DNA from: the human T2T-CHM13v2.0 reference genome, Homo sapiens
Assembly: GCF_009914755.1 (NCBI RefSeq)
Contig: NC_060930.1
DNA: 64,000 bases
Reading direction: 5' to 3' (one strand)
The number at the start of each line of letters is the position of its first letter. Positions within the stretch are counted from its first letter, which is position 1. This document shows, in pieces, positions 26,900 through 40,900 of the stretch. A program made the position numbers and the translations under genes. The notes below the pieces were generated by a model, which worked only from the letters and a program-made list of their open reading frames with translations, ran no database searches and was not told where the DNA came from.

Positions 26900-27650
26900 C
26901 CCCTAGACCTCACCTCCAGCCCTCATTCTCCTCTGCGCTCTCACCCAGGCACCCATCGGCCTGCCTGTTGGACCTCTCCTCTCTATAGTCCAGAAGCACC
27001 TAGGACATGTCTACAACTGAATTCAAGTTCTGTTCCCTCCCTATACTTGAAGGCTCTTTTAAGAAATCTGCTCCTCAGTGGTGACCTGTCTTTCCCTCTT
27101 GCGCCACCCTCTCTAGCAGGGTCCCCTCGTCAGTGAATATACCACCATCCATGTAGTCACCTCACTCAGAAGCCTGCGCCTCCTCACATACTCTGCTCTC
27201 TCTCTCCATCTCCTCCAAAATCCCATCCATTTCTGAGGCTGCTGGGGCTTCTTCCACGCACCGTCACCTCCCTAAATCCGGTCATGCCACTCTTCCTGGG
27301 AGAGCGGTGGTGGCCTCCCCATGGTCTCTCCACCTTCTATCTTGGCAGTCCCATCTATTTCTTGTGTTGCAGCCAGTGTGGTTTTTCCAAATCACCTCTT
27401 CACTTTAAATCTTTCAGATCTCAGTTTCAACATGGCTTCCACTGGGAAAAAGTCCAAGACCCAAGTCTGCCATAAGCACCCTTCCAGCCCACTCACTTAG
27501 CCCCCATGCTTGTCCTCGTGTAACATTTAAGCACTCATTCAGAGTTGGCCTGTTGATGTATCTGTTTAACTCCTTAAGAGCAGGAATGTGTGTTGCTGCC
27601 TCATCAACAGACACACAGTAGACCATCAACAAATACTTGTCAAGAGAATA
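26900..27650 (+). mobile_element. L2 LINE 3' fragment
   Basis: Pyrimidine-rich L2 body ending cacagtagaccatcaacaaatacttgt. Confidence 0.65.
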
Positions 27651-27929
27651 CCAGAGTTAGTCTTCTCAGATTGTTTTTAAAAGTTCTCTATCCATTCTTA
27701 TTTGATTAATTTGCTTGGCAAACCGACTCTTACCCACTGCATGCAAGGGTAACCTTTGTCTTAACCTTGATCAATTGACTGTGAATTCTGAATCAGGGAG
27801 CCTGAATGCATTGCTGTGTCTAGTTTTATTGCTGTCCCCAGCTAAGCACACAGCACTCTGGAGGACGAGTCAGGAGGTCTGGGACCTACCCATCTCTGTG
27901 TTGTGCTACCTTGGACCAACTGGCTCCCA

Positions 27930-28003
27930 ACAAATATACCCCAAAATGTTTGGTAACTTGCCAGATGCCAAGAATAAGGAATCTCCTGTGACCAAAACTT
28001 AGT
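27930..28003 (+). repeat. Dispersed direct repeat, copy 1 (74 bp)
   Basis: 66/72 aligned identities plus a 2-bp indel versus 29500-29571. Confidence 0.9.
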
Positions 28004-29499
28004 GGCTTCTGCGGTGTGCGCAGGGGGCCTGCCCCCATGAAGCCCCATGAAGCTCTCCAGCTCCACCGCATTGTGTATGATTCTCTTGCCTCCAGCCCCC
28101 ACATCTGCAGCCACCGGCCCCCAATGCAGATTAAGTCCTTTGATGGCAGACTCTAAAAACATGAGAAAAAATTTCTCTTTGGTAGGAACATTTGAAATAA
28201 CATCTTTTCAAGTGTGTCGAAGATCAGAATATGAATAGGATGGGGGTGTGGTAGGAAGGGGCTGTGAAAGGAGGGGCTGGGGCCCACAGCTTGGACGATT
28301 CTGAAAGGGGTGGTGTTGAAGCTTGCTTTCTTTTCTCTACAAAATGACAAAATCACTGTGGGGACATTTACAGCCAGAATCTATTTGACATTTTTAAATC
28401 TCTGAAATCATCAAAAATAAACCAGTGTCCCATGTGCGTTGGCAAGGAAAATGCTTTATGTCGTGGGGTTGTTTAAAAGACACCAGTAGAGCCTGGTTGG
28501 CTTAGGCAAGTTTGCTCTCTGAGTTTTTGGATAATTGAAACATTAGTTATGGTTTCCTGGGCAGCATTTACTTCATGTGGAAGTCAGGGTGGAGAGGACA
28601 AATTGCCTACCTACAAGTCACTCTGCAGACACGGCCAGCATGTCGGGTTCACACCCTGTCTTGGAAAGGAGAAGAAGGAACAGCAATGAAAATATTCAAA
28701 GTGCATGACAGAGCGATGCACTGTCTGATTACCATTCACGAATTAAACCAGCCTTCACAGCTGGGTCTTAGAGCCCAGTCCTAGACCCCCAGCTCACCCC
28801 TAAGAATCTAGAAAAACATATGAGCCTCAGCTTTTCATTTCAGAGAGGCTAGGATTGGAGCCCAGTAATCCTTGGAAGGTCCTGGAGCCTTGACTCTCTC
28901 CCTCATGCTCCCTGGTCCCTGGAATAGTGACTTGTTGGGCAAAGTTCATGAATAAGCACTTGGCCCAGAAGGCAGAGAAACAAAAATAATCTTTCCCCAT
29001 TCTCCAGCTGACATTTTCTAATACTAACAGCCTCAACGATATTGGCTCAGGAAATTGTCTTTTAGGTCCAATGTGATGTCAAAATCCAGCAGCCCATCAG
29101 CACTTAATGACAAATCCCAGCACAGATGCTAACAACAGGGGAAACCTTCAGCATTGCTGAAGATGCTATTCTCTGCATGGAAGAAACAAAAAGGAGGGAG
29201 AAAGACGGCCCAGGCCTTGCAACTCCAACCTCAGAGAATGGGCCCAAGTGGACAGTGCAGCCACAGCCTGAAACAGACTCCTCAGCACAGCTCAACCCTG
29301 GACCGTGCCCTTCCAGGAAACCCAGGACATAACATGGACCGGAGGCACCTGAACCAGTAAAGCTACATATGAGTTCATACTGACAGAAGCGCAGGCTCCG
29401 AGTGGTGCAGCCCTGTGTCATGAATGTAGGTCAGCCATTCCATCTGGAAACAGGAGGGAAGATTGGCTTTGTGTCTGGCATTCTTTCTCTGCTGTCTTT

Positions 29500-29571
29500 A
29501 CAAATACACCCAAAAAGGTTTGGTAACTTGCCACTTGCCAAGAATAAGAAATCTCCTGACCAAAACTTAGT
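29500..29571 (+). repeat. Dispersed direct repeat, copy 2 (72 bp)
   Basis: Matches 27930-28003 at an offset of 1570 bp. Confidence 0.9.
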
Positions 29572-32500
29572 TGACAGCCATTGTCCATGTAAGAAACAGT
29601 CCTGCCCTTCCAGGAACAGGTGTGCACCAACATTCCAACTCCAAACTTGTCCAAAAAATTTGCTTCTGGATTCTGAAACTTTTTGGATTGTAGAATCTTT
29701 TGAGTATTAATTAGGCAGAAATTCTGAACCCTCATTCCAGAAAAAGAAGTTTTGCCTATAATTTCCCCTGAAAGGAGGGAGCTTTGGAGCTCACTTATAA
29801 CCTCCAGTTTAGCATCCTGTGTTAGGTGATGACAAAGAAGTCCCTCCAAGGAGAAGATTCTGCTGCAATGTGCAAATTATTGTGTTCTCCACGAATACCT
29901 TGTAAATGATCAGTTTTAACCAAAATCCAAATTATTTACAACAACTTACCAGGCACATCTCTGCCAATAAAGCAAGATACACCTGTGGTGTGAAGGAGCA
30001 AGGTGGTCTCTGAGGGAGAAGGCTGGAAGGAACTGGTTTTCTCCAGAATGTGTGTCAACTGCAATCCCAACTGCTTCAAGAGATTGTCTGAGTTGGAGTG
30101 TGTCACTGATATTTTCTTGAGTGTCTTGTCTGCTTCTGATAATTTATCTGAGCAGCGTTTGTCCAAGGTGTGTTTAGTGACAATGTTAGTAATGAGTTTT
30201 TTGTGAAAGTTCTCTCACCCTGGTGTGATTCATTACCGACTAGCTGGGCTATAATTTTGTGCTGCTGAAGCATATGTTACCTTGCAGCTGAAATAAGACT
30301 CCAGGAGTCAGGCTCATTTTCCATGTGTGTGGTTACCACCTTTTCCTCCCCAGTACCCCAAATGCACTGTCAGGAGTGGTCACTAGACGTAGGTGTTTTA
30401 GCAATCACCATCCAATCCAAATTTTTCGCTGGAATCATGTAAGTGCTGAGTTTTGGGGGAACATTTCTCTAGGGACAGAGTAAGCTGCTTGGCAGGGTAT
30501 GGCTTCTCTCCAGGAAGAGCTGAAAGGGATGACCAGGTACACCCCCGATGATGTGCAGTTTGTGCTCCGCTGAGGATGGAGGAAGGAGTGAGAGCCAGCT
30601 CACTCTTGGCTTAGCAACAAGCTCTGCAATCTTGGTGTTGCATCTGCCCAGAGAAGGCGGTTTTTACTAATGCTCACAAAGGCACGATGTGGGTTAGGAA
30701 GGGCCTAGGAACACCCTTTATCCATAGGTGTGATGATAGGTGGGTCAGGGGTGGAAGAGAAGGGTCCCAGGAATGAGTCCCTGTCTGACAGCTGTCCAGG
30801 CCTGAGGTTTTATGGTAAGAACAGACAGGACGGGGCCCACGCATCTGTTTAGCATTGGTATTTGGGATAAGGCATTGGATTAGCATGAAAAGTGCTCAGG
30901 CCTCTCAGAGGACAGAACACTAGAGTTGGTGGTAGATGAGAATCAAGTTTTTTTCTGCTTACAAGTTGCGGCAAATCATTCATCAGGGTTTTCATACAGG
31001 GCATCTCATCTTCTCAACCTTGGGGTAAGTTCTAGAAGAACTGGGTCTTCTATTTGTTTAAGGTCTGCCAAGTGCCACGCCTGGCCCTGAACTTGTAGCA
31101 TTCAGCGTCTCTGGGCCCATGCCTTTTCTCATGCAGTCGTGAGTTCCCCTGAGGTCCGTCTCTGTTCACTAGCAAAATCTGAAGTGATTAGAATTCTCCC
31201 CACCCTGACACCTACATCAAATGCCACCACAGGACCACGTGGAGAAAGAAACAAGGATCAAGCGGCCCCTTTCCTGGTCATGTGACCTTGGGCCAATCAC
31301 TTACACTCTCTGCACTCCAGACTACTCCCTTGAGCAATAGGAATAGTGATGTCTACTGTCCAGAGGGGCTGTGAGGGCTTGGATGTGGTTTGTTTACTCT
31401 AAACCTCCCAGGAATACTTGCCCATGATGATGGCCCTTCTTCCAAGAAGTGGTTTCCTAAAGTCAACCGGAGACCATCTCAGCTTCTTTTGAAACTCCAT
31501 AGCAATTTGTAGCCTTCACATCCCACTACTTTTCTGCCTTGTATCAGTTATTACTCATCTGTGCAATATATTTTGCTATCCGTCCCCACTGCCCACCCTT
31601 GGCCCCGATACACATTCACATTTATAAGCTTCTGAGGGCCCCGTTGATAGGGAATTCAGCTTACACCCATCACAATCCCCAGCACCTACTGGGATCAAAT
31701 GAACACTGCCGGGATTAACCCATTTAGTGCTATGGGATAACTATTCAAGTTCTATGAAGAAAAGCTACACAGATACACCAGTGGTGATGTTTCAAACTTG
31801 AAGATTTCCTCTGCAACAAAATTGTCTTTTTCTATCAGCATTAGACTTAGCTGGCCATGTGAATAATTCTAAATAGCCTGAAAAATTACCATTGATTTTC
31901 TGCACCACAGTAACACATTCTTTTTTTTCTGAAAAAGACAAAGAGAATTCAAAGAATCAACCTTCACTCCAGAGAGTAGTGGTGGTGGTTGCGGCGGGAA
32001 GGGGGGGCACCAGAGGGGTACTTACACAACAAAATAAATTTAATAAGTTGCCCATTTTATGCTGGGTGACTTGTGAAGGACATTTTGCTTCTATCCAGAA
32101 AACCCTGTTATATAATAAACGCAAGCTCAGACGTGCCTCAAAGAAGAAGTGAGCCGATGCCATTTCCAGCCAGCAGAGTGCATGACTGTGTGGGGTGGAC
32201 CACAGGGACGCCTCCTCCACCAGAGGCACTGGGAGGTGGGAGGCAGGCTGGGGAGGAGCTTGAGAACACCTGGGGCCAAGCCAACCAGTTTGCATCCGAA
32301 TACTGTTCCTCACGAAGGCAGATGCTAGGCCTCCAGATCTGAGTCCTGTGGGTTGGGTCACCTGTGAGTTTGACTTATTTTGTTATGGAAAATGCAAGTA
32401 TAAAGGAGTGTTGAGACTTTCACCGTGGTTTCCAACTCTGAGGAAGAAATCTCCTCAGCCATATGTGTGATGATTTAAATTTATAACCACCATTCATAAG

Positions 32501-33680
32501 TTTTTTCCAAGCCAACCTTGTTTCTGTGACCTCTAGTCATCTTGTTATTCCCAAGCAGAAATGTTCATAGCTAAAGCAGTAGCACTGTTATAACTTGGTT
32601 TCTACACTGAAAAAACAACTTTTCCCCACCATCCTTTACCTCACTATCCCTCCACCACTCCTCCCCACACCCCTCCTCTCAAAACCCAGAAACTTCTATA
32701 CTTGGTTTTGAGCTCAAAGCAGATTTTATTTATTTATTTATTTTTAGAACACATCAGTTAAATCTGTTCGTCTTTTTTGGGTTGAGGGACTGGAAGAAAT
32801 CACACATCGTTTCTGATGTGATATACTCATGGGCGGATTTGCATCCTACCCAAAGATAGCTCAACTTCTTTTTAAGATGTTTTGCCTTCTTTGGCAATCA
32901 AAATCAAACTTTTCTAAGTAGATGTGCACTTTTGGGTTACACAACTCTGAGCACATATGAGAGCTTCCTGGGGTCTTTGCTTCACCTGGGATCAACTTCT
33001 AAGCCCTGGAGGTGTGACTGTGTGCCAGTGTTCCCTCGGGGATCTGAGTGTCCCTGGTGGCCCAAGCCCCAGGATGAGAAAAGGGTAAAGAGCCGTCATT
33101 TCTGGACTACACATGGGCTTTCTCAAAGGGCGGACCGACCGCCTAATTGAAGACATTTGTTTTCATCCTCACCTTTATTTCCAAAGAGAGTAATGCCAAG
33201 TGAGCTGGAAATCAGAAAGTTAGAAGACCAGCTGTGTGACCTTGGTACAGTTTCCTGTCATTTCCAGGTCTCACTCTGCTCACCTGTAAAAGGGGATCAG
33301 ATGCTCTTGAAGGCTATTTCCAGCTCGAAACCAATCTCATGCTTTTCTTCACTCTGGGAAGATCCCAGGGGTTGATCAAAGAAGTAGCTCCCTCCTCCCC
33401 ATACTTTCTCCATCCAGCCAGCCAGCCTTCTGCTTGTTGTTACTTTTCTCCTGTCTCATGAATAGCCTATAAAGCCCAAGAAGAAAGTCAATAACATTAG
33501 AAGTTAAGAGATGGAGAGCTCCTGAATCAAGCCATTCCTGAAGCCATGCCTGCCTTCTGGACTATTCAGTTACCTAGAGTAGGTGAGTTTGTTTTTCTGA
33601 CATTTGTAAAAAAAAAAATCCTGATATCTAGGGTAAGGCAGCAAAGGAAAGTCAAACTTAAGAGGGATGGAAAATGGGGC

Positions 33681-34115
33681 TGCTATGGTTTGGTTGTTCA
33701 TCCTCTCCAAAACTCATGTTGAAACTTAATCCCCGAAGTGCCAGTATTGAGAGGTGGGGCCTTTAAGAGGCAACTGAATCATAAGTGTTCTGCCTTTATG
33801 AATGGATTAATTCATCCATGGATTAATGTGTTAATGGATTAATGGGTTATCATGAGAAGGAGACTGGTAGCTTTATAAGAAAAGGAAGAGAGACCTGAGC
33901 CAGGACATTGGCACACTCAGCTCCCTCAGCACATGACAGTCTTCATCGCCTTGGGACTCTTCAAAGAGTCCTACAGGCAAGAAGGCACTCATTCGATGCT
34001 GCCCCCTGACCTTGGATTTCTCAGCCTCTAGAACTGTGAGAAACAAATTCATTTTCCTTATAAATTACCCTGTTTCAGGTGTTCTGTTATAAGCAACAGA
34101 AAATGGACTAAGACA
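33681..34115 (+). mobile_element. MST-family (MSTC/D-like) solo LTR
   Basis: tgctatggtttgg...ggattaat repeats...aagcaacagaaaatggactaagaca; TSD ggggc/ggtgc. Confidence 0.85.
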
Positions 34116-35456
34116 GGTGCCTTGCCAATCTCAGTCCCCACTCTCCCTCACCTTTTTGGAGCCAGCTGTACTTTCTGATCTTGGGATCAGATCCCATGCA
34201 CCCCGCTATCATCCCTTTCTGACTCGACTTGATTTCTTACCCAGTATGGGTTGTAAAGTTCCTCACCTTCTCAACTTTCTTCTGTTCTCACCTTGCCATT
34301 CTTCAATCCTGAGCCATCAGAACAATGCCTCTTAGTCCTTTTCATAATATGGCAAACATAGAAAACGATAATATGTGAATGCCACCCTGGGGTAAACTAA
34401 AGAATTAGGGTGTCTAAGTGAGTGTTGAGGGGAAAAGGTTCATTACATTTTCTTTACATAATTGTGATAAGACAAAGTAAAATACAAAGTCCCAGAGAAG
34501 ATATGGCTTTGTAGGAAACTCTGAAATAAAACATTTTTAAAATGTTAAGTCTGAAACCTGAACTTGTGTCCATGAACATGCCTTTTTAAACATCAGGCTT
34601 AATGCTTCAAATGGCTGTCCTCAAATCCTAATCAAAACTTCTGAATCATAGTATCTTCAAATGCTTTGTAGTTACTATCAATGAGAAACCTTGCACATGT
34701 GGGTGATGAAAAAATTAAAACTATTTTTTGCAACCTTTCAAAAATATCAATGGTTGAAATTATATTTAAAGAATCTACTTTTTCTTTTTCTCATTTCTAC
34801 AAATTTCTTGTGATTTCTCACTGACATTTCTTGTGATAACACAAATGGATTTCCAGTCCAACGATATTATTTACATCAATTATTTCCAAATAATGATGAG
34901 GCCCGGATGTGCAGCATGTGCATGCATTGTTCAGTCAGTCTCCCAGTAACCCAAATGAATGACACCAAAATGGTCTGTCACAGGTGAAGGCAGAGACTTG
35001 GTGCCACCCTCTAGGGCCCTTCCCAGACTCCCAGGCACCCTTTTCTGATCAGCCACACCCTGGGTCGTGTGCCCAGTAGCTCTATGAGCCCCTTGTCCAG
35101 AATGGGCAGTGTCACGCCTTGCAGCTGGCCTCGTCCAGTCTCCATGGTGGAGAACAAATGTAGACTTTATGTATCTGATGTTGGTCATTGTGCTTTTGCC
35201 TCCAGGGGCCCCGGGGTGCTCCCCGTCGGGAGCCCAGAGGCATCCCTTGGCTGTAGGTAGAGATCCTGGCCACCCCTGTGGGCTGAGAAAATCGACATCT
35301 ACAACTCCCTGGCGACATGGCAGGGTGTCTCGAGACAGTGGTTGGAAAGCTCTGGCAATACTCCCACTACCCTTGGGAGTATTAATCCATCTGTTGACAT
35401 AGATTTAACTCCAAACCCCATCACCTCCATTTCCTCCTATTTTCTCATTTTTCTTG

Positions 35457-36220
35457 TGAGGACTAAGCTCTGACTTTTTTATCTCGCCCAAATTCCTATC
35501 TAAGGGATCTAGGGAGTCATGCCCTACAAACCACAAATTCTCATCAGATGGGTTTTATCTGACTCTATATATCATGACTTACTTACCAGTCTGACTCTGG
35601 CATAACATTATGAGACAGGGAAAAAAAATCAAAATATTCAACCCCAAAATATGTTTCCTTGCCATACCTTGAAACAGCACTGCAAAGTCTCTTGTGGGAA
35701 AGATCCACATTCTATGGAGAATCACTTTTCCCCTTTGTTTTCCTCCCTTCCCTTCCAGATCCAGGAGATAACTAAGAGCCAGGCACCGTTTTAGGTCTGA
35801 TAAGAAAGATTTTACAACCTGCTGTTTCTCTGAAGTCTGCTAAGAGCTTCCTCTGCACAATAAAACTTGGTCTCCACGATCCTTTATCTTAACCTGAACA
35901 TTTCCTTTCTATTGATCCCAGGTCTTCAGATAAACTCAATCAATCGTCAACCAGAAAATGTTTAAATTTACCTATAGCCTGGATGCCCCTCCCCACTTTG
36001 AGTTGTCCCGCCTTTCTGAACCAAACCAATGTATTTCTTAAATGTATTTGATTGACGTCTCATGCCTCTCTAAAATATATAAAACCAAGCTGTGCCCCAA
36101 CCACCTCGGGCACATGTTCTCAGGACCTCCTAGGGCTATGTCACGGGCCATGGTCACTCATATTTGGCTCCGAATAGATCTTTAAAAATATTTTACAGAG
36201 TCTGACTCTTTTCATCAACA
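35457..36220 (+). mobile_element. MER4E-like ERV1 solo LTR
   Basis: tgaggactaagctctga...ttttcatcaaca with TG..CA ends; 4-bp TSD cttg/ctcg. Confidence 0.85.
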
Positions 36221-36229
36221 CTCGACTTC

Positions 36230-37100
36230 AGCCATCCCTATCATGCTTCTGCAGGTCACCTAGAAACCAAATTCGAGGTCCTTTTCTCAGTCCTTGGCTC
36301 TCCAGGACTTCCCTGGAGCAGTCAGAACTATTTTCTGCCTCCACTATCAAAAAACTTTTGTCTTGTAGCTCTGGGGGCCGGCACCTTCTTGAGTGTCATT
36401 TTACTTCTTGACTTTAATTTCTTTTCCTTACTTCTGGATGCCTTTTCTTTGCTGGTTATATTTTTTTCTTATACCCACAGATGTGGGGGTCCCTAGTCCT
36501 CTTTTTACTTCATACCTCCTACTGACTGCTTTTACCATTGCTGTTGTGTGGACAGACTTGAAATCTTGCCAGCAGTCTGACTGCCTAAGCTCCAGTTCTA
36601 AATTCTCCCCTCGACAGTTCCATCTGATGCTCCTGAAGGCATCTCCAGTTCATCACGCTCTGAAGCCCTTTATTCCTCCCAGCCCCACATCAGCTCTTCC
36701 TTCTCACTCCCCTGTTTATGTTAAGAGCACTACCAGTTCCCTCCCTGGGCTCAAACTCTGGAAGGTAGCTTTGGCTTTTCAATTGATTGTTGAATCTTGA
36801 TAAGCCTCCCTACTGAATGCCTGTCACACCCATCTCTTCCATTTCTGTAGATGCCACCCTATTCTAGGTTTTCTACCTTTCATCTGATGACAATAGCCTC
36901 CTAGGTGTCTTATCACCTATGTTTTCCTTCCTTCTCCCACCTCAGACAGATCATTACTAGATTACTCTCACAAAGAAAACTCCTTTGTTTAAAAGCTTTC
37001 AATAGCTCCTTATTATTGATAATGTTTAGCCCAACCTCTTTGCCAGACATCAAAGGCCTTCATAATCTGTCCCCAGCCTGTCCATGTAGGTCTACTTCAT
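36230..37100 (+). mobile_element. L2 LINE fragment
   Basis: Degenerate pyrimidine-rich L2 ORF2/3' text (..aaggccttcataatctgtccccagcc..). Confidence 0.55.
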
Positions 37101-37104
37101 AGAT

Positions 37105-38720
37105 TGTAGAAATATTTATTGAATCCCTATGCTTTATGCCAGACTGGCCTAGGTGCTGGAAATACAGCAATGAGTGAAATCAAATTCTCAGTTCGTATGA
37201 AACTTACATTCTAGAGAGTAAAGTCAGACAATAGGCAAACAAGTCAACATATATGTCAGATCATAAATGCTTGTAGAAAAATAAAGCAGGATAAGAGGGT
37301 AGATGGTAATGGGAGTGGTAATTTTATATAGGCATTTGTGGCATTTGTCCAGAGTCTTAAATGAAGTAAGAGAATGAGCTTTACAGATACCTGAGGGAAA
37401 AGCATTCTAGGTAGAGGAAAAGAAAATTCAGTGGGAACTAGCTTGGCAAGCTGGAGAAGCAGAAAAAGAGCCAATGTGGATGAGCAGAGTGAATGAGGAG
37501 AAGGATAAGATGATGAGATCAAAGCAGCAGCAGCGGGGTCAGGTTATGGAGGACCTGTGGACTGTGGTATGCATTTAGGATTTTATTGTGAATGATGTGG
37601 AAGGGACTGAAAGGTTCTGCATAGCAGGGTGAAAAGTTCTAAAACATATCACACTGATGGCTGTGTGAATAGATAGGGGGATGGAGAGACAAGAGTGGAA
37701 ACTGGGAGGCTACTGCAACAGTCTAGGCAAAGGATGAGACGAGAGGTGCTGGAGAGATGGAGGAGCTGTCAAATTCTGGTTATATTTTGAAGGTAGTGCT
37801 GACAACACTTGCTGATGGATTGGACGTCAAGAAAAGAGTCAAGGATGATTCAGAAGCAACTGGAAAAATACAATTGCCATTAACTAAGCTTTATAAGGAG
37901 ACTGTGGGAAGAGAAGGAAGTCTGTTGGAGGAGGGAAGTTCCGTTTTTGGTGTGTTGAGTTTAAGATGACTATCAGACATGCAAGTGAAGATGTCAAGTT
38001 GTCAGTTGGAATTTGACTCTAGCATTGAAGAGAGAAATCCAGGCTAGAAATATATTTGGAAGTTGTTTGTGTCTGGAGGGTATTTGTGTTCAGAGATTAG
38101 CAGGGTTCACTTAGAGAGAGGTCAGCGGATGGAGCCTGGGTCACTGCTCGTAGAGATGGGTAGGGTGACAAGGGCTCAGCAAGGGAGACTGAACGGAGTG
38201 GCCTGTAGGTTGGATGAAAGAAAACCAAGAGACTACAGTGGCCTGGAAGCCAACTGCAAAAGGGGTTCACCAAAGAGGGAGTAGTTTATGACTTATTTTA
38301 AAACAATCGTGTGTATATGTGCATAGACCGATCAGTATATAGAGAAAGAACTGTCATAGGTTGAACATTGCTGAGTCTGTAAATAGGAGTTTATTTTACT
38401 GTTTACTTTTGTATATGTTTGAAATTTCCCATTATAAACAGCAAAAAAAAAAAAGAGGGAGTGACAAATTGTGTTAAATATTGCTGAGAGGTTGATTAGG
38501 AGAGTTAAGAGAGTGGATTTGACCTTGTAGAGAGCACTGGTGGTAGGGACAAGAAGAGTTTCCATGGAGTTGAATGCCTGTGGGCAGTGGGCTCAAGAGA
38601 GCCTAGGAGGGAAGGATGGGGAGTGACCAAGTGCAATCAACTCCTTCAGAGAATGTTGTAGGAAACAGGAAGAGAGAAATGGGTCAGCAGCTAGAGGGAT
38701 ATCAAGGGACCAAGGGCAGT
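37105..38720 (-). mobile_element. L2 (L2a-like) LINE, antisense, with a small L1 3'-end insert near 38290-38455
   Basis: Starts atatttattgaatccctatg...ctaggtgctggaaatacagcaatga and continues as a purine-rich L2 body. Confidence 0.75.
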
Positions 38721-40446
38721 TGGTTGGCTGGTTTGGTAGTTCTAAGATGGAGTGATTACAGCTCTGCTTCCCACTACTCTCCTTCACACAGCTCTGGACA
38801 AACCCCTCCATCAAACTCTGCCCCACAGTCACCGTCCACACCTCCCCTGCCCCAGTCACCCCATCCATCGATGCCTAAATCTCCTCCCACCTTCTGCATC
38901 ATCCCCATTGTATGTGATATCTCCTGGTGTACAGTTTTTATCCACATGTCACATTTTCAAGAATCTTTTTTATAGAAGAGCTTTGGTTGTGGTGGTGTTC
39001 AATCAGTCTCTGTAGGTGTTATCTTTATCAGAGCACACTGTTTATACTCCAGGTCAAAACTACACAGTGTTCCCCTGATGGCTTTCAGAAGGAAAGCAGA
39101 ACTACAGAAACTATAAAGTTTCTTATTCCTTTAGATCCTGGAAAATAGCATTCAGTAGTAGCAACAAGAATATCTTTCACTTGCCTTTCCCACTTCAAAG
39201 GCAAGGCTAGAAGCACAAATTCATACTAAGGGATCATGGACTGAAATTTGTTTTTAAAACTAACTGAAAAGCCTCAGCAGTTACCAAAAGATTTCTCTTC
39301 TCTTTGGATACCTCAGAAATTAGGTGAGAATGAGTAGGTAGGGAGACGGAGCCTTCTAGTTTAAGATACTGGCAAGTTCAGTGAAACCACTAGAAAAATA
39401 AGACATGATTAAAAACACTCTTCCCCTCACACCTCCCTCAGAGGGTATCACAGCAAGGAGACCAGGGCACTTTTTAAAAGATCTTTCCTGCTGAGAAGGT
39501 TCTGTCAGAAGCACTCATTGTCAGTGCAAAGGGCAAGAACAGAAAAGATACTTTTAATCAGGATGAAATCAAGGTACGTCAGAGATGGACTCTGGGAGAA
39601 ATTCTTAAGAAACAAAAAATGTTATCAGTCCTTCTATTATGGTGAGAAGGCTGGAGTGACAGGAAATTATGTTCACACATGGCTAAACTGAGGAGGACAA
39701 TTGCGCAAAAGAGCATTAGCACCTCCTGCCCTAATTACTACCAAGTGCCCACTACTGCCAAGCTCTGTGCTATGGGTCCAAGATGGCACAGTCCCCGTGC
39801 TATGTCTACAGCTCCTTGTCTTGAGAGGACACCAAGGGAGGCTACCATAATAGTGTGAGATTTAGGAGTCTGTCTATGAGAAAAAGTTTCCTTGATCCTG
39901 AGATGAGGGGAGGCCGGGGTTTCGGGCAGCAGCAGCAGCAGCCTGTGCAAAGATTCCTGGGCTTAGGGGGCACGGAGTTCTGAGAAAAACAAGGAGTCAC
40001 ACCTCTGTCCCATAAGGCAGAATGACCCTGGACAGACAGGCTGAGGCCAGGTCACAAAGGGCCTTTTCTGTCATGTGCCAGGGAGCTCTTCATGGGGGAT
40101 GACAGGAGCAGGTTTGAGTTTTGAAAGATCACTCTGGTGGCAGCGAACTAAAGGAAAAATAGACTGTGCAGCAAGCTCGAAGTTTTGGAAACCGGTGACT
40201 TTGTTGGTCTGATTTGTTGTCAAAGCCAAATGCTGATTTTCAGTGTTGTATTTTGCTTTGCTTATTTCTGCACCTCAAGCAAGTGAAGGTTTCATTCTAT
40301 TCGGGTATGTATAAGCATTCGGATAACTGCACTTTTCATCTGTACACCTTATATCACAAGGACAGAATGTAATCAACCCCTAGAATCAACCACCATGAAA
40401 TAACTTACTACGGACAGCTCTGGTTATGCAAATGATCTTTAGTTTT

Positions 40447-40900
40447 TTTTTTTAATTAATTATTTACTATTATACTTTAAGTTTTAGGGTACATGTGCAC
40501 ATTGTGCAGGTTAGTTACATATGTATACATGTGCCATGCTGGTGCGCTGCACCCACTAACTCGTCATCTAGCATTAGGTATATCTCCCAATGCTATCTCT
40601 CCCCCCTCCCCCCACCCCACCACAGTCCCCAGAGTGTGATATTCCCCTTCCTGTGTCCATGTGATCTCATTGTTCAATTCCCACCTATGAGTGAGAATAT
40701 GCGGTGTTTGGTTTTTTGTTCTTGCGATAGTTTACTGAGAATGATGATTTCCACTTTCATCCATGTCCCTACAAAGGACATGAACTCATCATTTTTTATG
40801 GCTGCATAGTATTCCATGGTGTATATGTGCCACATTTTCTTAATCCAGTCTATCATTGTTGGACATTTGGGTTAGTTCCAAGTCTTTGCTATTGTGAATA
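40447..40900 (-). mobile_element. 5'-truncated young L1 (L1PA2-type) 3' end
   Basis: Near-consensus L1PA 3'UTR and ORF2 end. Carries GAG (not ACA/ACG) at the Ta-diagnostic site (ctagatgacGAGttagtgggtgcagcgcacc on the minus strand). Perfect 13-bp TSD gatctttagtttt at 40434-40446 and 40901-40913. Confidence 0.92.

Noticed and set aside
27930-29571. Repeat pair as a CRISPR-like array or the LTRs of a small element
   Set aside because: Only two copies in a eukaryotic context, with no TG..CA termini, TSD, primer-binding site or polypurine tract.
39927-39942. (CAG)5 run
   Set aside because: Too short and non-coding to be meaningful.
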